Positions 32,204-42,119 are shown, counted from the stretch's first letter. The stretch is 64,000 nucleotides of DNA from Candidatus Latescibacterota bacterium (GCA_965206595.1 OZ242214.1:6752001-6816000), one strand, 5' to 3'. The notes: generated from the sequence alone by a model not told the origin. Numbers and translations are program-made.

Positions 32204-33661
32204 TTAGTCGAACAGCTTCGGCAGCTGGTTGTTCAGCGTGATGATGGTGAAATACCCGAAGAAGGCGCAGGACCAGACGATGGCTGCGAAGCGGACCACC
32301 GACATCTTCAGCCCGGCTCCGAGGATGCGGTTGTTCATCCACAGCAGCAGCACCGAATAGAGCAGCATCACCCCCCCGTTCAGCGAGGCGCTGAGCACCA
32401 GCAGCACCAGCGGCTGGGTGAAGCCTGGAACCGCCAGGCCCGCCAGCATGATGAGGCAGCCGAGCGCAATCTGCCCCCACAGCAGGGCGAAGTAGAGCCG
32501 GTTGTCGGGCCAGCGCTCGCTGTCGCGCAGCCAGTTCACCTTGATGATGTCGGTCGAGATGCGGGCGCAGGCGTCGAGAAGCCCCAGCTCCGTCGTCAGC
32601 AGGATGGCGACTCCCATCCACAGGAAGGCGTGCTCGAACAGGGCCCCGTAGCGCTCGCCGATGAACTCCCCCTCGACGCGGATGAAGCCGATCCCGCTTC
32701 CGAGCTCCGGCAGGTGGCGGGTGGTCGCGTAGGCGATGAGCGACAGCATCATCAGCGAAACGACGGACAGCATGTAGAAGCTGAGCAGGTGCTCCCTGTT
32801 GGCGGCCTTCCACCAGGCGCGCCAACGGCTGGCGTTTTCCGGTGTCGCCTCGAAGTGGTAGCCGACCCCGGCGACGACCTCTTCCCTGCCTGTCAGCGGG
32901 CTCGTCAAGCGCCCGGCGAAGCGCCCCATGGCATACCCCTTCTCGCGCACGTAGTCGCTCTGCACCAGGTTCATCGTCCCCCCGGCCCCGGCGAACGCTA
33001 TGGCGCCGAGCAGCAGGGGCAGCTCCATGCCCTCCGGGACGTGGCCGACGTTGAGGATGCCTGCGAACATGTCGGCGACGTGGGTCATCCTCACGACGAG
33101 GAAGAACAGCGCGATCATCGCCAGGAAGATCGCGGCGATCAGGACCATCTGGATCTTCTCGACGGTGTTGTAGACCACCGGGCCCAGGGTCAGGGCCAGG
33201 CCGACGGCGATCAGGCTGGCGATCGAGTAGGCGACCCGCACGCCCTCGCCGCCTCCCAGCTCCCAGGTCATAATCGTCGCCGCTCCCGAGGCCCAGCCGG
33301 GCCACATCCAGGGGACGATGTTGCAGAGCAGGAAGATGCCCGCCCAGTGCTTCCACAGGCGGCAGAACCCGGTGACCGCGGTCTCGCCGGTCGCCAGGGT
33401 CCAGCGCTCGATCTCCATGTTGATGAAGTACTGGGTGGTGATGCCGACCATGCAGGCCCAGAACACCGCGAAGCCGAACTTGTAGGAGATGTAGGGCCAG
33501 AGCACGAACTCGCCGCTGCCGATCGAAAGCCCGAGCAGCAGCAGGCTCGGGCCGATCAGCCTCTTCCAGGGAGGGGCTTCCGGCAGGTCGCGGTACGAGA
33601 CCGGCGGCAGGTTCGAGCTGGGAATGACCTCGTGCGGGACGGTGCCGCCCGGCATCGTCAC
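32204..33661 (-). CDS. Nramp-like / APC-superfamily membrane transporter
   Basis: 'GPSLLLLGLSIGSGEFVLWP', 'ERWTLATGE', and about 11 TM helices. Confidence 0.75.
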   Translation of the reverse strand: MTMPGGTVPHEVIPSSNLPPVSYRDLPEAPPWKRLIGPSLLLLGLSIGSGEFVLWPYISYKFGFAVFWACMVGITTQYFINMEIERWTLATGETAVTGFCRLWKHWAGIFLLCNIVPWMWPGWASGAATIMTWELGGGEGVRVAYSIASLIAVGLALTLGPVVYNTVEKIQMVLIAAIFLAMIALFFLVVRMTHVADMFAGILNVGHVPEGMELPLLLGAIAFAGAGGTMNLVQSDYVREKGYAMGRFAGRLTSPLTGREEVVAGVGYHFEATPENASRWRAWWKAANREHLLSFYMLSVVSLMMLSLIAYATTRHLPELGSGIGFIRVEGEFIGERYGALFEHAFLWMGVAILLTTELGLLDACARISTDIIKVNWLRDSERWPDNRLYFALLWGQIALGCLIMLAGLAVPGFTQPLVLLVLSASLNGGVMLLYSVLLLWMNNRILGAGLKMSVVRFAAIVWSCAFFGYFTIITLNNQLPKLFD

Positions 33662-34746
33662 TTCCAGGCCAGCAGGGGATGGCTGCGGTTCGCCATCGGC
33701 AGCTCCACCCGCCCCCCGGTGATGTGCGACTCGTAGGCCCCGAGGATCATCTCGAGGGCGGCGACCGCGTCGGAGGCGCTGGAGACCGGCTTGCGGTCGG
33801 TCTCTAGCGCTTCAATCAGGTCGGCGATCGCCAGCTGGTTGCCCGTCCCCAGGGAGCCGTCCCCTGGCTCGAGCAGCGGCACCCAGGCCTGGCCGGGATC
33901 GCCGGGCATGAAGGTCCCGTGGGGATACAGCATCGCCCCGTCCGGGCTCCCGCCCCGAAGCGCCAGGATGCCGCCGCTGCCGACGATCTCCAGGCCCATG
34001 CGCATGCCGTCGCCGCCGGAAGCCTCGACGCGGGAATCGAAATGGCCGCTGACCCCGGACTGGAAGGCGAAGTAGGAGTAGATGCTGTCCCCGGCCACCG
34101 ATCCTATCGGCTCGGTCGGCTCGCGCACGTCCGCAGGGGTGGCCTCCCGGCCCTCGACGCTGACGTGCCCGGACATCCAGCGCACGTCGCCGAGGAGAAA
34201 CCGCATCATGTTGAACAGGTGGGTCCCCAGCACCATCATGTCCTCGCCGCCGCCGCGCCGGTCCTGCTTGCCGTGGGCGTACACCGCCTGCACATCGCCG
34301 ATCCTGCCGCCTTCAAGCGCCTCCCTTACGGCGCGCGCCTGCGGCAGGTACACCCCCTGGTGGGCTACGGCGATCTTCTTTCCCAGCTGCTCGGCCCTGG
34401 AGACCAGAAGGTCTCCGTCGGCCAGGTTGGAGGTCATCGGTTTCTCGCAGTACACGTGGGCTCCGGCCTCCATGCAGGCGGTCACCAGCTCGACGTGGCA
34501 GCCGGGCCAGCGCGGGCCGACGCTGACGATGTCGAGCTCCTCGCCGGCGAGCATCCGCTCGTGATCGGCATAGGAGCGCGGGGCACCGGTCTCCTGCTGC
34601 GCCTTTGCCCGGCCCTCCTCGTCCGGGTCGCTCACGGCGACGAATTCGACGCCCTCGTTTCCCTCGTACGCCAGGTGCAACCCGTGGCCGAAGCCGCCTG
34701 CCCCGGTGTGGCCGATCGCCGCGGCCTTGTAGGTCTTTTCCGTCAT
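33658..34746 (-). CDS. Gfo/Idh/MocA oxidoreductase
   Basis: Rossmann N-terminus, 'HVYCEKP', 'LGTHLF'. Confidence 0.9.
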   Translation of the reverse strand: MTEKTYKAAAIGHTGAGGFGHGLHLAYEGNEGVEFVAVSDPDEEGRAKAQQETGAPRSYADHERMLAGEELDIVSVGPRWPGCHVELVTACMEAGAHVYCEKPMTSNLADGDLLVSRAEQLGKKIAVAHQGVYLPQARAVREALEGGRIGDVQAVYAHGKQDRRGGGEDMMVLGTHLFNMMRFLLGDVRWMSGHVSVEGREATPADVREPTEPIGSVAGDSIYSYFAFQSGVSGHFDSRVEASGGDGMRMGLEIVGSGGILALRGGSPDGAMLYPHGTFMPGDPGQAWVPLLEPGDGSLGTGNQLAIADLIEALETDRKPVSSASDAVAALEMILGAYESHITGGRVELPMANRSHPLLAWK

Positions 34747-34811
34747 GATTCACCCTTTCCGGTTCGTTGCAAAGGCGGTCAATTTAGGCGCGCCCGTCTT
34801 GACCTGCCAGA

Positions 34812-35585
34812 GTGCGGCGGGCGATTTTCCGGTCCTTGAAACCGCGCACCCTGTTCAAAAGACTCCACGACTGTTACGGCCCCCAGGGCTGGTGGCCGAC
34901 GACCCCGGAAAACGAGATCACTCCCCGGTACTACCCGGGTGCGACACGGCGCCGCTTGAGCGACCGCGAGCGCTGGGAGATCGTCGTCGGGGCGATCCTC
35001 ACGCAGAACACCTCCTGGCGCAACGCCGAGCAGGCGCTGACCGCCCTCGCCCGGCGGCGGATCCGGACTCCCCGGAAACTGTGCGGGGTACCTGTCGAGA
35101 AGCTCGCAGAAGTGATTCGATCTTCCGGGTACTACAACCAGAAGGCGGAGCGGTTGCGCGGACTCGCAGGCCACGTGGTTGAGAACTACGGGGGCAGCAC
35201 CACCGCGATGCTGCGCCGGCCCACCGCCTCCCTGCGCGGCGAGCTGCTCTCCCTGATGGGGATCGGACCCGAGACCGCGGACTCCATCCTGCTGTACGCC
35301 GGCGGCCATCCCTGTTTCGTCGTCGACGCCTACACTCGGCGAATCTGCTCCCGGCTCGGCTGGGTCGATAACGGCGCCGGCTACGAGGAGCTGCAAACCC
35401 TGTTCACCTCGGCGCTGCCGGCCGACGCCGGTCTGTTCGAGGAGTACCACGCGCTCCTGGTGCGGCACGCGGTAGAACGCTGCCGCGCCAAGCCGGAATG
35501 CCGCGGCTGTTGCCTGCGCCGCGGCTGCCGGTTTCCCGGAGACCAGAGAGCGGCTCGCGAGCGGGCGGCTCACGGAAAGGACTGA
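34812..35585 (+). CDS. Endonuclease III-related HhH-GPD protein
   Basis: 'GAILTQNTSW', 'GYYNQKA', 'GIGPETADSILLY', 'VVDAY', and a C-terminal Fe-S Cys cluster; start uncertain. Confidence 0.9.
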   Translation: MRRAIFRSLKPRTLFKRLHDCYGPQGWWPTTPENEITPRYYPGATRRRLSDRERWEIVVGAILTQNTSWRNAEQALTALARRRIRTPRKLCGVPVEKLAEVIRSSGYYNQKAERLRGLAGHVVENYGGSTTAMLRRPTASLRGELLSLMGIGPETADSILLYAGGHPCFVVDAYTRRICSRLGWVDNGAGYEELQTLFTSALPADAGLFEEYHALLVRHAVERCRAKPECRGCCLRRGCRFPGDQRAARERAAHGKD

Positions 35586-35586
35586 G

Positions 35587-36540
35587 ATGACAACTGCTAT
35601 CGAGGCTGTCGGCGGCTCGCGCCCGCTCGAGGTCGCCGAGTTCGCCCGCCGGGCTCACGCCTACGTTTCCCACCCGGGCCGCAACCCGCTGAAGGAGATC
35701 CTCGACCGCCATGCCACGGTCGCCGAGACCCCTCCCCTCCTGGGGATCTTCAACGACATCCCGTGGCACCAGTTCCGCGAGAGCGAGGCGCACGCCTGGG
35801 CCAAGGCAGGTTTCTCCTGGATCGTCAACGACGCCGAGCACCGGCAGCGCGAGGGCTGGTACGGGACCGAGCAGAACGCCGCGGAGTGCCGCCTCGGTCT
35901 GCTCGCGGTCCAGCGCCTGCACCGCGAGGCCCTGAGCTCCCACGGCGACGCCTTCCAGCTCGGGGCGCGCGCCACCATGAGGCCGTACGGAACCACCTAC
36001 GAGGAGGCGGAGGTGTTCTACCGGTCGGTCCAGTTCCCCATACCCGGGCAGGCGACCGCGGTCGACCGCGGCGGCTACCCGGTGCGCACCGGCGACCGCA
36101 CAATGTGCTTCACCCCGGATTCCCTGCGCGGCGCCGAGACCGAAACCCAGGGCTGGCTGCAGTTCGAAACCGCCGAGTACATCATCGATTCCGGTCTGCG
36201 CGACCGGCTGCTCGACCTGATGGCCGCCCAGGGCCGCAACAAGGCCTGCGGGTTCGTCGGCCCCTTCGACGCCATCCTGCGCGAGGGGGACCTCCCCGAA
36301 GTAGAGGACGCCATTGACGCGCTTTTCCGCGCCGCGGCCGAAAGGGGGGTGCATCTCGGGCGCGTGGTCGGCAGCGGTTCGATGGAAGACCCCGAGGATA
36401 TCGAGGACAACATGGTGCGGGCGATGGAGAACGGCTGCCGCCTCCTCTGCGTCCACCCGATGACCAGCGACCTTCCCTTGCGCGGGGCCATGGCGGTCTC
36501 CGAGCCGTTCTTCAGGGCGGCGGAGCGCTGCGGATTCTGA
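35587..36540 (+). CDS. Divergent HpcH/HpaI aldolase-like protein
   Basis: 'IVNDAEH', 'QFET' and 'FVGPFD' align with aldolase motifs. Confidence 0.7.
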   Translation: MTTAIEAVGGSRPLEVAEFARRAHAYVSHPGRNPLKEILDRHATVAETPPLLGIFNDIPWHQFRESEAHAWAKAGFSWIVNDAEHRQREGWYGTEQNAAECRLGLLAVQRLHREALSSHGDAFQLGARATMRPYGTTYEEAEVFYRSVQFPIPGQATAVDRGGYPVRTGDRTMCFTPDSLRGAETETQGWLQFETAEYIIDSGLRDRLLDLMAAQGRNKACGFVGPFDAILREGDLPEVEDAIDALFRAAAERGVHLGRVVGSGSMEDPEDIEDNMVRAMENGCRLLCVHPMTSDLPLRGAMAVSEPFFRAAERCGF

Positions 36541-36731
36541 AGGGCCGTCGGGGTTTTGGTCCCGTGCGGATCCGTTGCGCCCACGCGAGGCGTCCCATCG
36601 TCGTCGACGTTTTGGGCGTTCGGAAAGATTCGACCGTTACAGAGCCTCGGAAAGGACCTGCCATGTATTGCCTCCCGAGACAGACTATTCAGATATTCTG
36701 ATTATCAGAATTTTAAACCAAGGGGCTTCTC

Positions 36732-37025
36732 ATGGCTGAGGCGATCAGGATCGGCAAGAGGGGGACCGTGGTAATCCCCGCACAGCTGCGCAGGATGTAC
36801 GGCTTGGAGGAAGGATCGATGGTTATCGTGGATGGTCGCGACGACGGTGTCCTCATCCGGCCGGCGGTGGCCTTGCCCATCGAGAGCTATTCGGCGCAGC
36901 GCAAGGCGGAGTTCCTGCTGTCGAACGCCGTCGATGACCTGGACTACGAGTGGGCTTGCAAGCAGGTTCGGGAGCTGGGGCTCGACCCGGCAGACATTCC
37001 GCACGAAAAGCCTCGAGATCCCTGA
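36732..37025 (+). CDS. AbrB/MazE/SpoVT-family antitoxin
   Basis: 'RIGKRGTVVIPAQLRRMYGLEEG...GVLIRP'. Confidence 0.9.
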   Translation: MAEAIRIGKRGTVVIPAQLRRMYGLEEGSMVIVDGRDDGVLIRPAVALPIESYSAQRKAEFLLSNAVDDLDYEWACKQVRELGLDPADIPHEKPRDP

Positions 37026-37028
37026 CCG

Positions 37029-37459
37029 TTGGACCGGGTCTTCCTCGACGCCAACGTGCTCTTCAGCGCGGCGTACGGCAGTCCGGGGTTGGTTGGACTC
37101 TGGACCGCGGCCCGGGACGGCCGGTGTGAGTTGGTGGCATCGGAGTACGTGATCGACGAGTCGGACGGAACCTCGGAGACACGGCGCAGCGCGCCGCGCT
37201 GGACAGCCTCCTCAGTGCCGTCCGACTCGTCGCGGAGGGTCCGGCCGACACGCCATGTCCGCTATTACTTCCGGACAAGGATCGTCCCGTCTGGTTGGCA
37301 GCCGTGGCAGCAGGTGCCACACACCTGTTGACGGGAGATGTGCGTCACTTCGGCTCGCATTTCGGCAAGAAGGTGCAGGGCGTACACATCCTGCGCCCAG
37401 CATCCTACCTTGCACGCGACACACCTGCGGAGGAGTCTGCTACCTCCGAAGGCGTTTGA
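37029..37459 (+). pseudogene. PIN-domain (VapC-like) toxin, frameshifted near 37160
   Basis: 'VFLDANVLFSA' in the first frame; 'LPDKDRPV...ATHLLTGDVRHF' in the shifted frame, ending TGA at 37459. Confidence 0.85.
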
Positions 37460-37726
37460 TCTGAACACATTCGACCTGAGCGCCGATGCTTGACCGAACA
37501 GCTTGACGATCCTCCCATCCAGCAGGCATCGGATGCGCCAGCCGGCGTCCACCTCTACCGGCTGGTCGGGTACGACCCGGGACGGGCGATGGAGAACGGC
37601 TGCCGCCTCCTCTGCGTCCACCCGATGACCAGCGACCTTCCTTTGCGCGGGGCCATGGCGGTATCCGAGCCCTTCTTCAGGGCGGCGGAGGGCTGCGGAT
37701 TCTGAAGCGGAAGCGGGCTGCGGGTG

Positions 37727-39001
37727 CTACCCGATGTACTCGGGAGCCCCGTCCCTGTTGACGACGTGGCTGCGCGCGGGGATCTGCGTGTTGCCGGGGA
37801 TGACGAGGTCCAGGGTCGACTCGTTCTCGACGATCGTACCGTCGCCGATCCTGACGCCGTCCCCCACCAGCAGACGCCCGGGGTTGGCGCCTGTCGACTT
37901 GACCGTTCCGACGACCACCGAGGAACCGATGCGGCAGTCGCGCCCCACTTCGACGAGGCCGTAGATCTCGGTGTTCGCTCCGATCGCCGAGCGGTCCCCT
38001 ATGATCACGGGGCCGATCAGGTTGGCGTCGGTGCCGATGAAGACGCCGTCCCCCAGCCGCGGGTGGCGGCGCCGCAGCCGCCGCGACAATCCGCCGAGGG
38101 TGCAGGGCATCAGGTGGCAGCCGGAACCGATGACGCCGGTCTGGCCGGTGGTTATCCCGCGGTGGGGATGGTCGAGGAAGTTGGCGTCGCCGATCTCGGT
38201 CTCCGGGTGGATGTCGGCCTGGTAGTAGCGCCCCCCCAGCTCGGCGATGGCGCGCGGCAGCAGGGGAACGGGCAGGCGGCTCAGCTGCGGGTTGCCGGCA
38301 ACCGCTCCCGAGCGGGTGAGGGAGTGGGCGACGTCGTGGTAGAACAGCACCCGCCAGCCGGGATAGGTGCTCATCACCAGCTGCATCTGGTAATCGAAGA
38401 TGGAATCGCACTTCAGGGTTTTGAGGAACTCGCGGTACTGACCAAAGTCCCGTTCGGCTATGGCCCGGTCGAGGTGCCGGCCGAACTCGAGCCCGGCGAG
38501 CTCCCCGGCGGACAATCCGCAGGTCTGCAACAGGTAGGCGTCCCAGACCGCCGGATCCTTCAGCGAGGCGAAGCGGTTCCAGCGCGAGCGCTCCTTGAGC
38601 CCGGGCAGCTCCCAGAGCAGGGCGAAAGTCGCGGCCAGCGCCGCCTCCTCGAGACGCTCCTCCTCGCCGGCGGCCAGCAGCGACTGGGCGACCATGGCGT
38701 AGACCTGGTCGGCGATCTCACCGAGGGCGGAGTCGAGCCCCTGCTTCGCCTGCGGCGCCACCGCGTTGTGCGACCCCGGAGCGACGCACTCCAGCAGGTT
38801 GCCGAGCACGGTTTCGAGGATGTCCCGGTTGACGAAACCGCGGCCGGAGCGCTGCGACAGGATCTCGGGGTCGACAGGATCGATGCGCAGGGCCTCGATC
38901 TCTTCCGGGGCGTACTCGCCGCGCAGGCGCTCGACCACCTCGCCCAGGAAATCGGCCTTGCCCTTCTCGTACTTCCTGTCGAACAGGGTGGCGGTGCTCA
39001 T
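37727..39001 (-). CDS. Serine O-acetyltransferase-like hexapeptide protein with long N-terminal extension
   Basis: 'YPG...', 'DIHPETEIG..FLDH', 'TLGG...RRHPRLGDGVFIG', and left-handed beta-helix (LbH) repeats. Confidence 0.7.
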   Translation of the reverse strand: MSTATLFDRKYEKGKADFLGEVVERLRGEYAPEEIEALRIDPVDPEILSQRSGRGFVNRDILETVLGNLLECVAPGSHNAVAPQAKQGLDSALGEIADQVYAMVAQSLLAAGEEERLEEAALAATFALLWELPGLKERSRWNRFASLKDPAVWDAYLLQTCGLSAGELAGLEFGRHLDRAIAERDFGQYREFLKTLKCDSIFDYQMQLVMSTYPGWRVLFYHDVAHSLTRSGAVAGNPQLSRLPVPLLPRAIAELGGRYYQADIHPETEIGDANFLDHPHRGITTGQTGVIGSGCHLMPCTLGGLSRRLRRRHPRLGDGVFIGTDANLIGPVIIGDRSAIGANTEIYGLVEVGRDCRIGSSVVVGTVKSTGANPGRLLVGDGVRIGDGTIVENESTLDLVIPGNTQIPARSHVVNRDGAPEYIG

Positions 39002-39009
39002 CGGCGCGG

Positions 39010-39318
39010 TCAGTCCTGGTGAAACGCCTCTTCGAGCATGGTGACCGCCGGAGTGGAGTCGTCGTTGTAGACCATCAGCGGCTCCATGTAGGTCCACCAC
39101 TTGCGCATCAGCTCGTAGCCGGGCAGCTCGTCGAGGGCGCCCGGGTCGTCGATCTCGAGGTAGGCGAACAAGGTCAGGCCGTCGCGAAAGATCGTGTAGT
39201 TCCTGATGCCGGTATCGTGGAGAAGCTGCGTCAGCTCCGGCCAGATCTCGTCGTGCCGTTTTTTGTACTCCACCTCGTTTCCCGGCTTGAGGTTCATGCG
39301 GAAGCCTACTCTCGCCAT
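39010..39318 (-). CDS. rhaM: L-rhamnose mutarotase
   Basis: 'EYKKRHDEIWPEL', 'GIRNYTIF', 'MRKWWTYM'. Confidence 0.9.
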   Translation of the reverse strand: MARVGFRMNLKPGNEVEYKKRHDEIWPELTQLLHDTGIRNYTIFRDGLTLFAYLEIDDPGALDELPGYELMRKWWTYMEPLMVYNDDSTPAVTMLEEAFHQD

Positions 39319-39552
39319 CGTTTCTCTCCGTCGCTGGGGGATTGATCTCCGGTGTTGGACCGAGTGCGGAAAACACCGGCAGGTAGCTCGCTTGATTTCG
39401 ACTAAGATACTGTTTTTACAGGGGATGGCAATTGTCTGGGAGCGATGCGAAGCTTGACGCGGAAGGGAAAACCGGGTAGGGTATCTCCCTAAAAATTGAG
39501 GGAAGCCCCCGGAGATCCAGGGCGGCGGCAACCCTCCGAGGAGGTATTTGAC

Positions 39553-40716
39553 GTGGGCAACGAGCTCGGAAAGTACGAAACACTATTGAACCTGACGCGG
39601 CTTCTCTACAAAGCGTACGAAGCCGACAGGCCAAAGCCGTTCAATCTATTCACTGTTTTGCGGAGCTCGCACGACGAGGTGAACCTTCACTCGCGGTTCC
39701 TGGCCGCACTGCTGGATCACCAGGACAGTTCCAGCAAGAGCCTGGAGAACTTGAAAGATTTGGTCGAAACTGTTCTGAAAATCGATGGCCAATTCGATTT
39801 TTCAAAGGCGAGGGTCGAACGTGAAAGAGACCACATCGACATCTTGGTAACCTTCGGGACTCACCAGGCAATAGTAGTCGAGAACAAAATATATGCCGAA
39901 GATCAGGAAAGGCAGTTGGATAGGTACTGGGACACGGAGAAGAAAAAAGGGGTCGACGAGATTCATCTCGTATACCTCACCCTTGACGGAAAGAGTCCCT
40001 CCGAGGAAAGTTTGGGTTCTTTGGAGGAATCCATTCGGCCTGAACTTATAGGGTATAATTCGAACGATTTTCAGAATTGGCTCCGAAACTGCCATCAGCG
40101 AGCCTCCGGCGAACCGGAGCTGCGCGAATCAATCGTCCAGTACCTGCGGCTTGTCCAAGATCTGACAGGTACTGCCAGTAAAGGGGGATACATGGATGCA
40201 TTGAAGGAGTTGCTGGGCCAGGGAAACGGAGACTATCTGCGCTTGGCGAACGAACTTTCCGGGGCCGCACTTGACCTGATGGTTGATCTACAGAACGATT
40301 TTTGGGAAAAGCTGAAACAAGAGACCGAAACAGAGACAGGAATGAAATTAGAGCATTTTGGACCAGGCTCTGATTTGAAAGACGACATACGTTTGTATTA
40401 TACTCGAAACAGACAGTGGTATGGAATTCGTGGTTCTGTTGAATCCAGGAATTTGGCTCTGATGGCTGAGATATCAATCGGATACGGCCTTATTTGTGGG
40501 ATAGAAAATTTCCCGAGAAGCCCCCAAGATCCGAAGTGGCTACGCGACAAAGGCAGTGGGGAAAATATGGCGTATGGTGCCGGAGAAGATTTCAAATTGG
40601 ATTTAAATAATATTTATAAGTTTGCGATGAAAGAAGACAAGCGCAGAGAGTATGCACAAAAAATGGCGCATAAACTGCACAAGATGCATAAGCGAGTACA
40701 AAACTGGGAGAAATAG
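39553..40716 (+). CDS. PD-(D/E)XK nuclease family protein (AT-rich)
   Basis: 'FNLF', 'EVNLHSRFLAALLD', 'IDILV...IVVENKIYAEDQERQLDRY', 'YLTLDG'. Confidence 0.85.
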   Translation: MGNELGKYETLLNLTRLLYKAYEADRPKPFNLFTVLRSSHDEVNLHSRFLAALLDHQDSSSKSLENLKDLVETVLKIDGQFDFSKARVERERDHIDILVTFGTHQAIVVENKIYAEDQERQLDRYWDTEKKKGVDEIHLVYLTLDGKSPSEESLGSLEESIRPELIGYNSNDFQNWLRNCHQRASGEPELRESIVQYLRLVQDLTGTASKGGYMDALKELLGQGNGDYLRLANELSGAALDLMVDLQNDFWEKLKQETETETGMKLEHFGPGSDLKDDIRLYYTRNRQWYGIRGSVESRNLALMAEISIGYGLICGIENFPRSPQDPKWLRDKGSGENMAYGAGEDFKLDLNNIYKFAMKEDKRREYAQKMAHKLHKMHKRVQNWEK

Positions 40717-40749
40717 AGCTCCCCCAATAGTTTTAAAGGATTTCGAATT

Positions 40750-40972
40750 ATGAAACTGACCGCGGTTTTCAGAAAAGTCCCCGAGGGATACATCGGATTC
40801 GTCGAGGAACTGCCTGGCGCCAATACTCAGGGGAAAACCCTCGAAGAGGCCAGGGTAAACCTCCGGGAAGCCATTGAAATGACGCTCGAGGCCAATCGCA
40901 TCCTCGCCGAGGAATCCCTTGTGGAAGAACATGAGGTCATCCGCGAGCATGTCCGAGCATGTCATTGTATAG
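40750..40972 (+). pseudogene. hicB: HicB-family antitoxin, stop codon bypassed by a 10-bp duplication
   Basis: 'GYIGFVEELPGANTQGKTLEEARVNLREAI'; the original TAG at 40970-40972 is now out of frame. Confidence 0.8.
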
Positions 40973-40974
40973 GC

Positions 40975-41161
40975 ATGAAAAGGATAGATGTCATCCGACA
41001 TCTTGAGAGACACGGTTGTGAGTTCCTCCGGGAAGGTGGAAATCACACTATGTACGTCAATCGCAGAAATCGAAGTTTGTCCGCTGTCCCAAGACACCGG
41101 GAGCTGAACAGGTTCCCTGGTGACAAAGATTTGCAGGGATCTGGGGATTTCTCCGCCATAG
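40975..41161 (+). pseudogene. hicA: HicA-family toxin, frameshifted near 41115
   Basis: 'LREGGNHT...VPRHREL'; the expected end 'FLVTKICRDLGISPP*' lies in the next frame (extra C). Confidence 0.8.
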
Positions 41162-41300
41162 TCGGTTTCCTCGATCATTCTGGCGAAAAGTATCGAGGAT
41201 CCGGGACGGGCCTTGCACGGCGGCTTTAATTCTGTCCGTATCAATACCTTCCTCACGATTCAATCCTTGAAGAGTCCAACATCCCACAGAAAGGAGAACG

Positions 41301-42101
41301 ATGCATCCCTTCGAAGACCTTGCCGTGCCGGAAAACCGCGTCGGCATTCACTGGTTCGGCCAGAGCAGCTTCGGTCTCAGGAACAGCTCCGGAGAGATCG
41401 TCCAGGTCGACCCGTATTACCCGCGCCAGCGGCCCGCGGCGGCGTACATACATCCGCGCCCGCCGTTGATGGAGGAATCGCTGCGCACCGATTGCGTGCT
41501 CCTCACCCACAACCACGGCGACCACACCTGCCTCGAGTCGATCGAGCGCATCCGCGGCGCCAACCCGGGTCTGGCCATCGTCGGGCCTTCGGAAAGCGCC
41601 GAGGCCCTGGCCGCCGCCGGGATACCGGAAGCGTCGATCACCGCGGTGGCTGCCGGCGATTCCGCCTCCGCCGCAGGGATGACGTTCCATACGGTCTACG
41701 CCAAGCCGGCGGCGGGCGACCCGGCCAACGGCATCGATCCGCCCGACGTTCAGCACCTCGGGTACGTCGTCGATACGGGGGCGGTGCGCGTGTACGTGTC
41801 GGGCGACCCGATCAACAACTTCGCCCGCCACAAGGAGCTGGTTGCCGCGGTCCGCGATCTGCGCCCCGACATCGGCCTGCTGACCAACCACCCGACGGAA
41901 GGGGAGTTCCCGTTCTTCGAAGGCTCGGCAGAAATGGCGGCGGCCATCGGGATCGAGACCGCGGTGCCGGCCCACTACGGCTGCTTCACCACGCGCGACT
42001 ACGATCCGCACGAGTGGGCCGCCCACCTTCCGGACGGCGTCGAGGCGCTCGTCATCCCCTACAACCAGTCGGCGGTCTACGTCCCTGGCCGCGCCGGCTG
42101 A
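41301..42101 (+). CDS. MBL-fold metallo-hydrolase (UlaG-like)
   Basis: 'WFGQSSF', 'THNHGDH', 'VSGD', 'PAHY'. Confidence 0.88.
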   Translation: MHPFEDLAVPENRVGIHWFGQSSFGLRNSSGEIVQVDPYYPRQRPAAAYIHPRPPLMEESLRTDCVLLTHNHGDHTCLESIERIRGANPGLAIVGPSESAEALAAAGIPEASITAVAAGDSASAAGMTFHTVYAKPAAGDPANGIDPPDVQHLGYVVDTGAVRVYVSGDPINNFARHKELVAAVRDLRPDIGLLTNHPTEGEFPFFEGSAEMAAAIGIETAVPAHYGCFTTRDYDPHEWAAHLPDGVEALVIPYNQSAVYVPGRAG

Positions 42102-42119
42102 GCCGTTCCAGCACAGCCG

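Larger units (their letters stand above)
36418..37707. repeat. 125-bp direct repeat (36418-36542 / 37583-37707) flanking a TA islet
   Basis: The 3' end of the aldolase gene is duplicated with 4 mismatches. Confidence 0.92.

Noticed and set aside
29958-33356. 1132-aa ORF suggesting a Cas3 with a large N-terminal fusion
   Set aside because: The extra ~390 aa are an alternative frame of the Nramp-like gene with low-complexity R/G/A/P composition. Cas3 homology starts at MYYAHS (32180).
37490-37705. 71-aa ORF as an independent gene
   Set aside because: It is a chimera of an unrelated fragment and the duplicated aldolase 3' end.
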